From positions 187,488,001 through 187,552,000 of the forward strand of contig OZ024741.1 of assembly GCA_964016885.1 (NCBI GenBank): a stretch of DNA of 64,000 nucleotides. The letters are read 5' to 3'. The stretch is from Eledone cirrhosa (taxonomy: Eukaryota). Positions 26,976 to 42,479 of the stretch are shown here, piece after piece (position 1 is the stretch's first letter; each line of letters opens with the position of its first letter). Below the pieces are notes generated by a model. That model did no database searches. It was not told the origin of the DNA and was given only the letters and a program-made list of their open reading frames with translations. The position numbers were made by a program, and so were the translations under genes.

Positions 26976-27185
26976 CGCGCGCGAAATGTAGGTGGGTAAT
27001 CAACACAGGAAAGAACGAAATATTTGGTGGGAGGGGCGAGAAAGTACCTCATTCTATCTTCTGATGAAGGGCTAATGTCCGAAACGTTAAAACTCGTTGT
27101 CTACCACATCAAGCGTTAAACTAATATATATTTTCGTTGTACTGCATCGTTTTCTTGTATTGTTTATTCGTTTACCTTTCGCATA
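26740..27185 (+). mobile_element. Two PLE terminal-repeat fragments (family H1) with hammerhead motifs
   Basis: 26787-26822 CTGGTGA..GAAACGTT (mutated core) and 27057-27092 CTGATGA-agggctaatgtcc-GAAACGTT. Confidence 0.7.
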
Positions 27186-27189
27186 TGTG

Positions 27190-27237
<48 letters not shown>

Positions 27238-27262
27238 TACACATATGTATATATATATATAT

Positions 27263-27800
27263 ACCGGCGATGAATTAGTTTTGCGAGGTTTTTGATATGA
27301 AATCGTGTGTTGAAACAAATATTGTTATACTTGGGGAGGGTCATATTTGTGTAATAGTATTGCCAGAATTAATAACAGAACACACTCACTGTTTGGTTGG
27401 TTTTCGCTTCTGTGTCTTTTATATCGGTTAATTTAATTTTTTTTATTGGGTCCTCAATGTTACCATTGACTGACCAACGGTCAAAAATACAGATATAATA
27501 TAGACACAAATACATATATATAGTCTAACAAAGTTCTTTCGTTGCACATCTGCAACATCGTCAGTGGTGCTATTATGTTTCCTCCCGTTGTATTGTATGC
27601 CTACGCCATCTTTTGTGTTTGTGTCTATATTATATCTGTATTTTTGACCGTTGGTCAGTCAATGGTAACATTGAGGACCGAATAAAAAAAAATTAAATTA
27701 ACCGATATAAGACACAGAAGCGAAAACCAACCAAACAGTGAGTGTGTTCTGTTATTAATTCTGGCAATACTATTACACAAATATGACCCTCCCCTAGTAT

Positions 27801-27807
<7 letters not shown>
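27263..27807. mobile_element. Fold-back element family P4 with ~190-bp arms and a hammerhead in the spacer
   Basis: Arms ~27320-27514 and 27614-27807. On the - strand, 27527-27568 reads CTGACGA-t-gttgca gatg tgcaac-GAAA. A homologue is at 63490-63860. Confidence 0.85.
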
Positions 27808-27887
<80 letters not shown>

Positions 27888-28119
27888 TGTGTGTATGAAC
27901 GTACGTATGTCTATATTTAGACGTACATACATAATACACATACATACATACATACATACATACATACATACATACATACATACATACATACATACATACA
28001 TACATACATACATACTTATAAATCTAGACCCATGCTATTCTACGACGCCATGTTGATCAACTATTTGTCACTTTTCCAAAGCCTCAATTTTTTCTCATGT
28101 TTTTTAACAAATGAATTAC

Positions 28120-29480
28120 ACTGCTAGAAGAAACGGTAATTATATAATGCTTGACGAAAAAATAGTAATAATTACCAAACATATGAAGTGGTGCCACCAG
28201 TGCTAAAATAAGCCGGAACCACACTATCGATGTTGAATCAAATGTTTTATAAAGGAAAGTGACAAAGTAATGTTTTATAATCGATTTTTTAATCAAAAAA
28301 ACAGAAACTCTGTAATGATTGAAATGTAATGTTTTATCAATTTGGATCAAAGATTGCAATCAAACGTGCATTCTTTTAAATAAAATGAGCATCAACACCA
28401 AGGCTGCCAATCACTTGGTTGCAGTCGAAAGAAAATAGATAGAGGAAAACAAAACTAAAGGAGAAACTAACGAAATATTTCTGAATATTCTGGATGGTTC
28501 AAATACTGTATGGAATCTAAAACGTGAGTGTTTGTGATGGAAAGTAAAATTACGGTCAAGAGTGTATGAGCTAGATATCCCTTCGAATTTAAACTCATTA
28601 ATAAATATGGTGGTTATGTTGATGAACAAATTATAAATGTTTACGAAAAGAGGTTGTTTAGATAGGGAAGGATGCAAAAAAACTGTAGCCTAGTTCAAAA
28701 TTGGTTAGTGTGAGTTTAGCAGTTTTATTAGCTGGAAATGTTTGTTGCTTATGATTTAAAATTCAAATCCGTGCTGATCTATTGTTCTGAAAACCCCCTT
28801 GTTCTTAAAGGAGAGCAGTCTATATCCGTCTCTTAAATATCCAATAGAAATCTTCGATTGTAAAATCTTTATTTGAAGATTTGTTCCAGATTCTTTTCTG
28901 TTCTCAGGCCAAAATGTTATGGCGGTATTTTTACTTCTATAGTAGTCAATGAAGTGATATTCAAGACGTAATATTTAGACAAAGAATGTGTAGAAGCAAT
29001 TGAAAAAACAACAATAACAGGAAGAAGTGCAATTAACTAAGAACTTTTGGAAGAATTCAACATAAAAAATATATTAAGGGTATATGACTTCAGCAGTATG
29101 AGAGCTGTTTGGAAAAATATAATTCCTCATCACGCAAATAATTAATTTTGGTCGATTCAAAGCTGAAGTTAGAGGAGCTGCAGCAGAAATTACTAAACCT
29201 GGTTTAAACCTCAAAATACATATAATTGACGAAGGTAATTCCAAAGAATTGCTTGAATCGCATGATACGGTCGCCAATGATGAAAATCTTTTACATTTAG
29301 AGCAACGATATGCATATAATAAAGGATATAGTCGCGTTGGAAAAGATAAGATTGTGACGCAAACGAAAGAATTCTCAATTGAAGAATTTGATACAGATTC
29401 CGTTGAAAAGACACTCAGTTATTAACGTCTCAAGTAAAAAGTGAAGAAGAAAGAAAAAATCAAACAAGCAAATCTTTTGC
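28120..29480 (+). pseudogene. Highly degenerate Tigger/pogo transposase
   Basis: Fragments LDEKI.II...SGATSAKISR, RGCLDR (SRGW-like), FWK.FNIK, MRAVWKNIIP and KELLESHDTVANDENLLHLEQ occur in the expected order. Confidence 0.6.
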
Positions 29481-29940
29481 AATGTTAAAACAAAACACAT
29501 TTGTTTGAAACAAATATAATCGTACTTGTGATACTAGTCCGAATAAAACAGTTTTTAATGATGATAACACCTCATATACGAAATTCAGATAGAATTCGTT
29601 TATTTATTTATTTGGTTATTTATATATTCATTTGTATATTTATCCATTTATTTGTATATTATGAAGCTATTCAATATTTTTGAAAAAATATTAGACTACT
29701 TTATTTATATTGATTTTATACACCTTTTTCTTAAGGGATTTCGGAAAATTTGAAACTTTGCATTTGTCAAAGCCTAGAAAACAATCAGCTATTTTACATA
29801 CTTTTCCATGTTTGACTAATGTGATATTCTTGCGACACACATAAATGACATAAATTGAGGTATTCCAATAATAAGATTGAAAATTTGAGAGACGGGATGG
29901 GGTGTAGAAATAATATAGATAGTCGAAAGAATGATATGCG

Positions 29941-29973
<33 letters not shown>

Positions 29974-30032
29974 ACAGGGAGAGAAAGACGATTATTAAGA
30001 AGAAATATATGTATACATGTGTGTGTGTGTGT

Positions 30033-30142
<110 letters not shown>

Positions 30143-30324
30143 ATGAAATGAAATTTCATTTCTCACTCTTAGTACGGCTGATAAGTATGTATACGTACAT
30201 ATATATATGTATACAGACGTACAGTAGTATGTATATATATGCACACACATATATATGTACATATGGGTTTACAGAATATTTATTATAATGTTCGGTTTGT
30301 TTGTAAACAAACAGCCCGAATTAA

Positions 30325-30630
30325 GGCATCAACATATGTTAACCTTGGCCTTCCTCTTCCAATGTGCCCATGCTGGAGCTCCCACGGGAGCACTGAGTGC
30401 AATGTCAACTCTGGATGTCGGTGAGCATGTCCATCTAGCCTCAGTCTCCTCTGTGTCACTTTTGAGCTGACTTTTGGGAGGCTCCCATACAGCTCTGAGT
30501 TTTTCATCCTCAGTGTACACTGATTAATGTTCAGAGCCATCCTCAGCATTCTCGTGTAGCACCCATCCACCATCTGAGTGAGTTTCTTGGTTAGTGTCCA
30601 AGTCTCAGACCCGTACAGCAGCACAGACTG
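30325..30630 (-). mobile_element. RTE-clade LINE fragment
   Basis: VLLYGSETWTLTK...[14 protein letters not shown]; same family as 23927 and 45090. Confidence 0.85.
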
Positions 30631-30644
30631 TATATATATATAGA

Positions 30645-30940
30645 TATATGAAGATAGACATAGAATATTCGAAAATATTCTGTATGTTTATAATAAACAT
30701 TTTGAAGACCTAATCGCTATAGAATAGAATACGTCACGTATTACAATTAGATTCTCGATAAAAGCAAGGGAAGTAACCTACGCGTTTCATTCTTATTAGA
30801 AATCTTCATATATAGCGATTAGGTCTTCAAAATGTTTATTATAAACATACAGAATATTTTCGAATATTCTATGTCTATCTTCACATATATATCGCTATTT
30901 CAGAGCATTTAATCCAATATAGATATATATTTCAAGGAGA
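30645..30940. repeat. Fold-back element with ~77-bp arms and ~90-bp spacer
   Basis: 30645-30721 is the inverse of 30811-30890. The spacer has a - strand TGAAGA..GAAACGCGTA motif. Confidence 0.8.
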
Positions 30941-31364
30941 CAACAGAGGTACAAAAAGTCATTAATTTCACGCTTTATTTTGAAAAGAGGAAAGAAAGTT
31001 CGACGTGTCGGACTTAAGCCCTTCCTCGCGAGTACAAAATAGAGACAGAGTCATAAAGAAGAAACAGAAAAGAAGCTCCGAATAAAGAAAAAAAAATCGA
31101 AAATGAAGAGTGAAAACAAGACAAACCGTTAGGTAGTCTGAGTAAGGAGTAAGCAAAACAAGGAAGGTGACACAGACAAGATAGAGGTAAAAACAATATA
31201 TATATAAACTATTTCCACCTCTACGTTTGTTACATAATCAACGCTTTGTTTTTTTCCACTTTCATATATTTGTTAGGGCAGGTGATGAATTGGCTATTTT
31301 TATGTTCACTCTATTTCTATATACAAGCTCTGGTGGCTAATAAGAAAATGGTTATATTTGCAGC

Positions 31365-31502
31365 TTAGAGTTACGCCCCTTTACGGTCTGTGTTCAAATC
31401 CCGACGAGGTTAACTTTGCCTTTCATCCTTATGAGGTCGATAAAAAAAGTACCAGTAATGCACTGGAATAATTGCTGACACTGGGCCAAAAGTAAAGACA
31501 AT

Positions 31503-31505
<3 letters not shown>
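31365..31505 (+). mobile_element. SINE family A, 5'-truncated
   Basis: Match to the consensus core. Confidence 0.85.
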
Positions 31506-31540
<35 letters not shown>

Positions 31541-32149
31541 AAATGTATGTCTATATTTATTTATATATATATATATATAAATTACACATTAATCAAAGCT
31601 ATGTTCAAATCATTTTATTGCTGACAATCGTTTCTTCCAAACTTTCGTTTGGAATCATCGGAGCACTAGCAATGTTTGTACATATAATTAACCTCCGATT
31701 CAACTGAACAATCGTGTATTTACATTGAGCTATTTTTCTTACTGGTAATAAGGTAGTAATGAATTACTGACCTTTCCTGTTTATAGTTGTATATAGTGTA
31801 TACATAACTATAAATAATATTATTATTATTATATATATATATGTATATGTATATATATATGTATATATATGTATTAATGTAAATGTATTTCTGTGTATAC
31901 CTATGTGTGCAAGTCTATGAGTGTGTGTGTTAGTGTGTCTATGCGTGTCTATGCGTGTCTATACGTGTGTGAATGTATTTGTGTGTTAATCACTGATATT
32001 TTTACGTTTCCAGGCAAATTGTTTGCAATTTTACGGGTTTCTGATTTAACTTTGGATACAATTTCCGTCACAAAGTATTCCTGTGGATTTAGGGCAATAT
32101 GCATACACATATAACCCCCCCCCCACACACACACACACATATCTATCTG

Positions 32150-32201
<52 letters not shown>

Positions 32202-32304
32202 CATATATATATATATATATATGTTTATCCCGGGTTCAATTGGGGGTAACCACAGTAAGTATTGTACTGTTCTAGTCCTGTATAAGCCATTTTTATATTT
32301 TTAC

Positions 32305-32396
<92 letters not shown>

Positions 32397-32843
32397 TTAT
32401 ATATTTTTATATAAATGTTACCCTGTGTAGTTGTATGTGTTTATGTACGTCCATGAGCTACTACTGACTTAAAGACAGAAGCTATAAAAGTTGCTTTGGA
32501 ATTTATCAAGATGAGATGGTGGATAGCGTAACTGAAAGAAAGGGGCGCAATTAATGAGAGTCGAAGAAGATTATGTAGACTGGATAGTAACATGAGGTCC
32601 AATGGAAATATATTGCGTTTATCATGATGACCTGTGGAAAATAAAAACATGCATTAAAGTTTCTGGGTGTCATTCCACGGTGAAGCTAGTTTCTTCTTCT
32701 ATAGGTTTGCCTTCACCAGATTTTGGTATACAATGTTTTACTCGAGCCGAGTCGAAGTAAAATACACTCAAACTAATTACCAGATGGTTATGTGAAGCAA
32801 ACATTTTAACTTAATTATATTGTTTAAAAATAGGCCTATTTAT

Positions 32844-32945
<102 letters not shown>

Positions 32946-33018
32946 AGAGAAGAGAGAGAGAGAGATGTGTGTGTGTGTGTGTGTGTGTGTATTATATATA
33001 TTATATATATATATATAT

Positions 33019-33081
<63 letters not shown>

Positions 33082-33744
33082 TTTAGGCTAAAAGTAGTAA
33101 GGTTTTGTATCTCGGTTGTCATGCACCATAAAGTTTTCTAACCGCACATGCATGACCGTTGAACAAAATGTTCTTTGTAAGGTTTATTTAAACTGAGTTT
33201 CTGCTTATACCTATTTATATATACATATATATAATTGCTCCTATTATACGTTTGTGTACATTAATACAATAAACGTGCACTAAATAAAGGACTCATTGCA
33301 GATTGTTGAGTTAAAAGAATATTTATTATTAATAATTGTTTCTACTTTTATTAATAATGCTTTTTTTACTTCGCGTTTTCGTCGACACTGGCGATTGAAA
33401 ACAATGTTGCTGGTGGTGGTGGTGGTGGTGGTGCTTTTGAAAGAATTAATGAGAGCGTATATACTTGATAAAGAGAGAGAGAGTTAGAATAAGAGTGACT
33501 AGGAGAGTGAAAGAATATGTGATGAATAAACAGAAAGAGAGAGAGTAGGAGGGTGTAAGAGAGAAAAAGAATGAGAGAGAGAGAGGGGGGAGAGAGAGAG
33601 AGAGAGAGAGAGAGACAAAAGGGATAGAAAAAGATAGAGGATGCGATAAGAGACGCTCTATATAACATGTTCTAGTGTAACCCAGTGAAGGTTGTCAATA
33701 ACACTGTACAGATACGTTACACTCACAATGCCATTATATTTGCT

Positions 33745-34970
33745 TATAGTACCAGTAATGCACTGGGATAATTGCTGGCCTTGTGCCAAAAAGTAGAAAC
33801 AATTATATTTGCTTATACACGCATATATAGATTCACACATATATACATGATAATTCTTTCTACTTTTGGCACAAGGCCAGCATTTATCTCAGTGCATTAC
33901 TGGTACTTTATTTTATCGACCCCGTAAGGATGAAAGGCAAAGTTAACCTCGGCGGGATTTGAACTCAGAATGGCAAGAGCCGTAACTCTATACGTCAAAG
34001 CATGGCGTCCGACTCTTTACCGATACTGCCAATCCACCGCCATGATAATTGTTTCTACTTTAGGCACAAGGCCAGCAATCACCCAGTGCATTACTGGTAC
34101 TTTATTTTATCGACCCCGTAAGGATGAAAGGCCAATCCACCGCCATGATAATGTCACTTCTACATCTCTCAACTTTCATCCTAACTTTCTCTAACTTTCT
34201 CCCTCCTTCCCTAACCCCCCCCCCCTCTCTCTCCCTCTCTTTCTCTCATGCATTACTCTTAGAAAGAAATGGATTGGCAGTATCAGTAGAAGGTCGGACG
34301 CCATGCTTTCCAGCATAGTTACGTCCCTTTACGATCTGAGTTCAAATCCCGCCGAGGTTGACTTTGCCTTTCATCCTTACGGGGTCGATAAAATAAAGTA
34401 CCAGTAATACACTGGGTAATTGCTGGCCTTGTGCCTAAAGTAGAAACAATTACTCTTAGAAAGAAATCTTAATAAGGATATACTATACATAAATATAAAC
34501 GCCAAACCCTTCCTCAACAATCATAGAAATATTAGTAAAATGTTAAAGTCTTTTTTGAGCTTACATGTTCATCAAGCCTAAGATTTTTCCGGTTTCATGC
34601 GTTAAGCAACTGAATGAATGAGACACCAGTCTATTATAAGGAAAATAAAACAGTATCAAATCTGTAATCGAACCGGGATACATTTAATCCAGTTGAACCT
34701 CATTATAACGAGGCATTCAAGGGGCAGTAGATTGATCTAGTGGCGGTGGATTGGCAAGGGACGGTGGATTGGCAAGGGGTGGTGGATTGGCAGTATCAGT
34801 AGAGGGTCGGACGCCATGCTTAGACGCATAGAGTTACGGCCCTTGCCATTCTGAGTTCAAATCCCACGGAGGTTAACTTTGCCTTTCATCCTTACGGGGG
34901 TCGATAAAATAAAGTACCAGTAATGCACTGGGTAATTGCTGGCCTTGTGCCTAACGTAGAAACAATTATA
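33745..34970. mobile_element. Cluster of SINE family A copies on both strands
   Basis: 33850-34040(-), 34045-34145(-), 34270-34452(+) with TSD TTACTCTTAGAAAGAAAT, and 34780-34970(+). Confidence 0.9.
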
Positions 34971-35093
34971 ATGATGCATTCAAAAAAAGTGCTTTCAAAT
35001 AGAAAGAAATTATAACTTGTGCAACAGTAGAAGGCTTTTAACACATATCATCTCGTGTAAGGGCCTCCCCACATCATTGGTTACCTATGTACG

Positions 35094-35165
<72 letters not shown>

Positions 35166-35189
35166 CGAGTGTGTGTGTGTGTGTGTGTA

Positions 35190-35248
<59 letters not shown>

Positions 35249-36057
35249 GTGCGTAGGGAACCAGTGGTTGATCTATTAGATACCAACAGCCAACGACGCT
35301 GTTGTTCACGAAATTCACGTTCTAAGATAAAATATGTCTATATGAATAATGGCTGACGGTGATTCGTTTTCTAATTTGAGTTTAAACTATTCTTCTACGA
35401 ACCTATGTATTGTAGAGGATGCAACATTCTCCTTATTCCTCTGAATTTTGCCATTCATTCTTATAGTGTGTTTTATTTTTTCAAGTGCAATGCTAGCGAA
35501 TAGTTAGCTACAAACTACTATGCAAAGTTTGTTTGCATAATGTCACCCATATTCAGATAAATCCCGTCATTTTAACGGATATTACATTAGTTGTGAGTAA
35601 CGCACTGTCAATCTGTTCTTCTGAAGTCTGAGTCATTGGTTTTGTTTGTGCCACAGTCGAGTTAAGGAAGACATTGCCAGTGAAAAATGTCAGTTGCATC
35701 AAAGAGAGAAAAATGTTTAATGTGGAAAGAATGAAATATGCAAGTACATGCTATTTTCACAAGATGCCATGCAATGAGATCGAACCCGGGAACTAAATGA
35801 AGTAATGCAAAAGTAGATCAAGCAAGCCTTTATGTGAATCTACCAGGACACAGTAAAAATATTTGCATCGTGAATTAATGATAAAAGTGAATTGGTAAAT
35901 GAGCCTTCAAAATATGCATTTATATGTATGTGCATGTTTATGTTGTGTGTGTGTGTGTGCGTGTTATTTATACATGCAATTCCAACCACTTATAGATATA
36001 TGTATGTATGTGTATATATATGTGTGTGAGTGTGTGTGAGTATGTGTGTGCATGTGT

Positions 36058-36126
<69 letters not shown>

Positions 36127-36159
36127 ATATATATATGTATATATGGTTGTGTATGTATG

Positions 36160-36193
<34 letters not shown>

Positions 36194-36282
36194 CCTATAT
36201 AAGAGCTTTTAGGTAATTGAAATGTGTCTGTTTGTCTGTCTGTCTTAGTCTGTCAGTGTGTCCGTATCTGTGTGTATGTATG

Positions 36283-36396
<114 letters not shown>

Positions 36397-37354
36397 CGAA
36401 ACTACAATGGACGGATAGACGGCGAGAGTAACGTCATGTGTGATTGCAAAATTGAATAAGTTAAAAAGACTTGCCATATTCTGATGTCAGGAGTTCAAAT
36501 CAGCTGCGGGTGCGACACTGTGTCTGTGGGGCAGGAGCACTTAACCTAGCTGAACCAGCAATCTGGAAATAGTAAACAGCTCTTCTAGGACTAGATCGTA
36601 GGATTTCATTCCCTCTTGAAGGCTATAACGGGAAACCATTTCAATGGATTTTTGTCAAGATGTTTTACTGAGAAAGCATCATTTGCTTGGGTTGCCAGCA
36701 ATTATATTTCATTTAATAACACACTTTCAAATATCTAACTACACCTACATTTACAGGCTCATATATATATACTTATATACACCTATATATACATATACAT
36801 ACATCAATACATACAGACTTACATAAATTCATATATACATTCATACATACATATATACATACATTCCTATATATATTTAGACATACATACATACATACAT
36901 ACATGCATGCATACATACATACATAGATAGATACATACATACATGCCTCCAACCATATACGCATCCATACATACATGCATACATACATAGATACATATAT
37001 ACATCCATCCATACACACACACATACATACATACATATTTCCACAGAGACATACATCCACACATACATACATACATACAGATATCCATCCATACATACAT
37101 ACACACATACATACATATATATACACGTACACCAAGATACATACAGGTATGCACACTACACACAGGTTCATATATTATATTGAAAATTGATGCTCATAAA
37201 TTATGTGTATATATAGTTTATTGGCGTGTAACATTTAGTTACTATTGGTTCACCAGTTTCAGTACTCGATGCCAAAGTGTGTCCGGTTACCGATATGGTA
37301 TTGCACCTTTGGTATTACACTATACTCGGTATCCTTAAGAACCAGAGTGTTAAT

Positions 37355-37572
37355 AATGATTTTTACTTTAGGCAGAAGGACAGCAATTTTTAGGGAAGGG
37401 AAAGTCGATTAAATCGACCCCAGTGCATTACGGGTGCTTTATTTGATCGACCTCGTAAGGATGAAAGGCAAAGCTAACCCCGGCGGGATTTTAACTCAGA
37501 ACGTAAAGGGCGATAACTCTATGCTGCAAAGCATGATGTCCCATGCTCTACCGATTATGCCAATCCACCGCC
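37355..37572 (-). mobile_element. SINE family A long variant
   Basis: Reverse complement of the 25850-type copy. Confidence 0.85.
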
Positions 37573-37764
37573 CTTTTAGGAGCGCGCAGATTTGTTGAGT
37601 GCAGCAAATCTGGTTTTCAAAATCAAGTAAAAGATATATGAACGAAACTAGGTAGACACGGAAACTATGAGAAAGCCAATCAGATGGATTGTACCTGTAA
37701 TTCAGAAGTATAGCCTTGTCAATGTCCAGAAAATTATGTTACAGGTATACTTGTATGTCGGGAA

Positions 37765-38170
37765 ATTGCATGGCTTAGTGGTTAGGGTGTCCGGCTCATG
37801 ACCGTAAGGTTGTTAGTTCGATTCACGACAGCACGTATATCACTTTATTTCTCAATAGTCCAGTCCATTCAGCTGGCAAATATGAGTTTTATCTGTAATC
37901 CAATGGACCAGCTTTGTCGCACACTGTGTCACGCTGAATGTCCTTGAGACCAACGTTAAGGAATGTGTTTATGGAATACTTAGCCACTTGTACCTTAATT
38001 TTACGAGCAGACTGTTATCCGGATATGAGAACACTCATATCCGGAACCGACGGATGTTAAATACACACATATGTGTATATGGAATACTCAGCATCTTTCA
38101 CGTTGGTTTAATGAGTAGGACATTCTGTTGATCGGAAAACAGAACGCTCATCATCGAATATGACGGAGGA
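37765..38170 (+). mobile_element. tRNA-derived SINE with duplicated 3' region
   Basis: TGGCTTAGTGGTTAG A-box and GTTCGATTC B-box; body similar to 1380-1545. Confidence 0.6.
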
Positions 38171-38625
38171 TACATCATATAGATATGTATGAGTGAATAT
38201 GTAGTGTTATTAATCCTTCAGACATTTGATTATCGGTGTCCAAGCAGTATTTTGCCTTTTTTTTTTGGTTTCAGGCGCAGACTATCAGCGTGTTTTCATT
38301 TTAGATGTTGGGTTGTGTGTGATTAGAATGGGATTTGGCTGTTATTTCTACCAGTCTGATCGACTGCATGAATGTCCCTGCGTTCGCCGGTGATTATGCG
38401 TGGGTATAATTGTTGTCATTGTTGTTATTTACCCTTAATTTAGTTTGAATCAAGCAGACCCCTGATAAAAAAAAAGGTACCCAAGTCATAATCATTTCGT
38501 CATTTTATTTTCTCATGAACAATGTATCCCGGTTTACACTGTCCAATATTATTCATTTTTGTAACCCGATAGAATGTGGTTTGAAGGTGAAATTATTGTT
38601 ATTTCTAGCTGGCCAAATGCCTATA

Positions 38626-38811
38626 CAGGTAAAATTCCGTTATAACGAATACCATTATAACGAATTTTTCAGTATAACAGAATGTTTTTCAATCCCGAGG
38701 TAATAACAAACAAACGCTCGATTTGTTTCGGTCGATCTCGTTATAAAGAATGTTTCGTTACAATGATTTTCTTTTATACCCCGTGACTTTTGTTATAACG
38801 GAATTTCAATG
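38626..38811. mobile_element. Tigger-type MITE
   Basis: TIRs CAGGTAAAATTCCGTTATAAC / GTTATAACGGAATTTCAATG, flanked by TA. Confidence 0.8.
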
Positions 38812-39226
38812 TATAGAACCACATTCAATCAGGAGAGTTGGTGTGTATTGAGGCTTAAGTCAGCAGGAAGAAATATCAGCAAAAGATATCAATATGAAAA
38901 CAGTGAAGAGTCTTTGGGTGTCGTATGCTGTAGTGTCAGACATATTAAAAATATGATCGATTAGTCTTGACGGCATAAGAATGAGACACTCACTGCACTT
39001 GGTTTAGACTTGCTCTTTAGGCAACACTAAAACATGTAAAACTGTGTCTGTGTGTCCGACCTAGACTGGTGGCTTGGCTATAATTTTACTTTATTGAGAC
39101 TGAAATTGCGCAACATATGTCGATCTTCTGGTCCATTACGCTTATATGTGTGTGTATGCGTGTGTGTAAGAGAGAAATAGGGGCGGGGAGACAGGGTAGC
39201 AATAGGTGATGGTCTGACGAACACTG

Positions 39227-39331
<105 letters not shown>

Positions 39332-40139
39332 TCTCAAGAAAGCCTGCATAGAGGTAGAGCGCATAGGTCGGAGATCAAAGAGTCCCGATACTGCTCCAAA
39401 TTGAGATATCACAGCTCCGATAATATGGGCATATTGTTAGAATGTCTCAGGAAAAAATCGCCTGGGAGATTTTACGGGCAAAGCCAATTGGCAGGAGTTT
39501 GACCCTGAACAAGATGTCTGGATAATATTCAGGAGATTGGCTAGTCTTGGTTGGGGATCCAGCCGGATCAGTTGGAGACGGTTGCTTCTGATAGGATCCG
39601 CTGGAAGGAGGGCTTGAGGACTTTTCCCCCCTGACTCTCTCAGGAATAGGTGGACGAAGAAGATGAAAATATATATACACATATATAACTTAGGAAAATG
39701 AACAAAAAAAAGACAAGAAAACGAAAAGCAATTTTCGCTGCAGGGGAAACCTAAAAAAACTGTTTTTTTTAAATAAAAATACAAACGAAAGACACAGAAT
39801 TCCAGGGTCTTCAGCCGTTGATATGGACTTTGGCAATTTCAACCCCTACCAACAGTACTGTTAGTCTACCAGGGATCATAGCGTGTGACATAAGCCAAAG
39901 CGCTGTCTGTAGAGTAAGAGACGAGAAACAAAACATTATGTTATCACAATTAAGCTATAAGATGTACAGATAGAATTTTAAGTGACGTCAGGTATTTTGA
40001 TTTTTATAGAAGGAAAGTCTCATGAGACAAGCAAAAGAAAAGAACATAAACAAATGGACAAAAGGAATGTAAAAAGACGAGAAGAAAGTAAGATATCGTG
40101 TTAAATCTAAATCATTGAGATTATTGGGGGAGAAGAAGG

Positions 40140-40825
40140 GCAGCGGATTGGCAATATCAGTGGAGCGTCGGACAATATGCTTTGTGGCATAGAGTTACGG
40201 CCCTTTGCGTTCTGAGTTCAAATCCTGCCGAGGTTAGCTTTGCATTTCAACCTTACAGGTTCGATAAAATAAAGCACCAGTCATGAACTGGGGTCGATTT
40301 AATCGACTTTCTCCTCTCCCTAAATTGCTGGCCTTGTGCCTATAGTAGAAATCATTATTGGTGGAAACTAAAAAGTAACCAAATTAAAACACTATTGACT
40401 TAGTAGAAATCATTATTGGATTGGCAGTATCGGTAGAGGTTCGGACGCCATGCTTTGCAGCGTAGAGTTACGGCTCTTTATGATCTGAGCTCAAATCCCG
40501 CCGAGGTTAACTTTGCCTTTCATCCTTATGGGGTCGATAAAATAAAGTACCAGTCACGCACTGGGGTCGATTTAATCGACTTTCCCCTCCCCAAAAAATT
40601 AATGGCCTTGTGCCTATATAAGAAACCATTATGGTATGGTGGATTGGCAGTATCGGTAGAGGGCCGGACGCCATGCTTCCCGGCATAGTTATGTCCCTTT
40701 ACTGTCTGAGTTCAAATCCCGTCGAGGTTAACTTTGCTTTTCATCCTTATGGGATCGATAGAATAAAGTACCAGTAATGTACTGGATAATTGCTAGCCTT
40801 GTGCCAAATGTAGAAACAATTATTG
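40140..40825 (+). mobile_element. Three tandem SINE family A copies
   Basis: Consensus matches at ~40140, 40415 and 40638. Confidence 0.9.
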
Positions 40826-41204
40826 TATTTAAAGAAGTAGGCTGCCAACTTAACGTAAGACGTGATAAGCTACAGAAGAAACCATCTACGGACCATTCAC
40901 AAGGAGCCTGCAATTTCAGTTCCCAATACACATTTTCAATTGCATACATAACACTGGACAAAAGGGCTAAGCACAAACACGTTTGGATCAAATTATGGAT
41001 AAATTTTGGTGCTTGGAGAAAGAACGTATCTCCATAATAAATGGGCGATAGAAATATCTGGGTCAATATAAATCTGTAAGACCATCTAGAAATTAAAAGT
41101 ATTAATACTTGTGTTAAGTATGACGCGATGGATATTTACACATTATATATTTTCCAGACAATCTAACCACTAAAGAAGTGACCAGTAATAGTCATGATAT
41201 GTAC

Positions 41205-41268
<64 letters not shown>

Positions 41269-41454
41269 TATACCTGGGGACTTAAATACAGAAATCACTG
41301 GTTGATTCTTTAGAATTTGCCATTTGACCAGTGACAGCGAGCTTTTCAGTGCATGGAATCCAGTCCCCGCTAGCTGTTCCATCTACCGAATTATTATTAT
41401 TTTTATATGAGTCCCCAGTGTCCGCGCATTGCCTGGAGACTTAGCTGGGAATAG

Positions 41455-41536
41455 ACTCCCTGATGACGCAATGAATTCTCGACAGTTAGATTACGTAACT
41501 GTCTTTATCCCATTGCAGAAACTAATTAGTTGGAGT
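41455..41536 (+). ncRNA. Type-I hammerhead ribozyme with extended stem II
   Basis: ACTCC-CTGATGA-c-GCAATG...CATTGC-a-GAAA-CTAATTAG-TT-GGAGT, with an internal hairpin GACAGTTA/TAACTGTC. Confidence 0.8.
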
Positions 41537-41709
41537 GAAAATTTTAGTAAGTAAGTTAATTTTTTAAATGTTTTAAAATTTTCTTATTTTACGTCTTTTA
41601 TATTATTGTTCTGCATCCTCCTGCATTGAACCACCTAGATACTATGACATAACCTGTGTATTTACTAGCATTAGCGTACATCTGTACGCATATGTTAGTA
41701 GATATACTA

Positions 41710-42028
<319 letters not shown>

Positions 42029-42354
42029 ATATATATATATATATATATATATATGAATGTATGTATAGTATATTTGGCAATATACTGTATGTTTAATTAA
42101 AAACATTTTGAAGACCATTCGCTATGAGTTTTAAAGTAGGAGGGAGACACAAAGCAAGCTTTGTGTACAAACTGCTACCAAATTTGAAAATCAGGTAGTA
42201 ACATGTGCTTACACCGTATTTGACTACATAGGATTAGTCTCTAATGGGATATTATAAACCGTTCTGAATGGAAAAAAGGATGTGTATTGACGTACATGGG
42301 ACATGAACCCACATCTATGTAGTCAAACACGACGTAGGCACATGTTAGTACCTG

Positions 42355-42444
<90 letters not shown>

Positions 42445-42479
42445 TACATGCATGCATACATTTCAAACATACATACATA

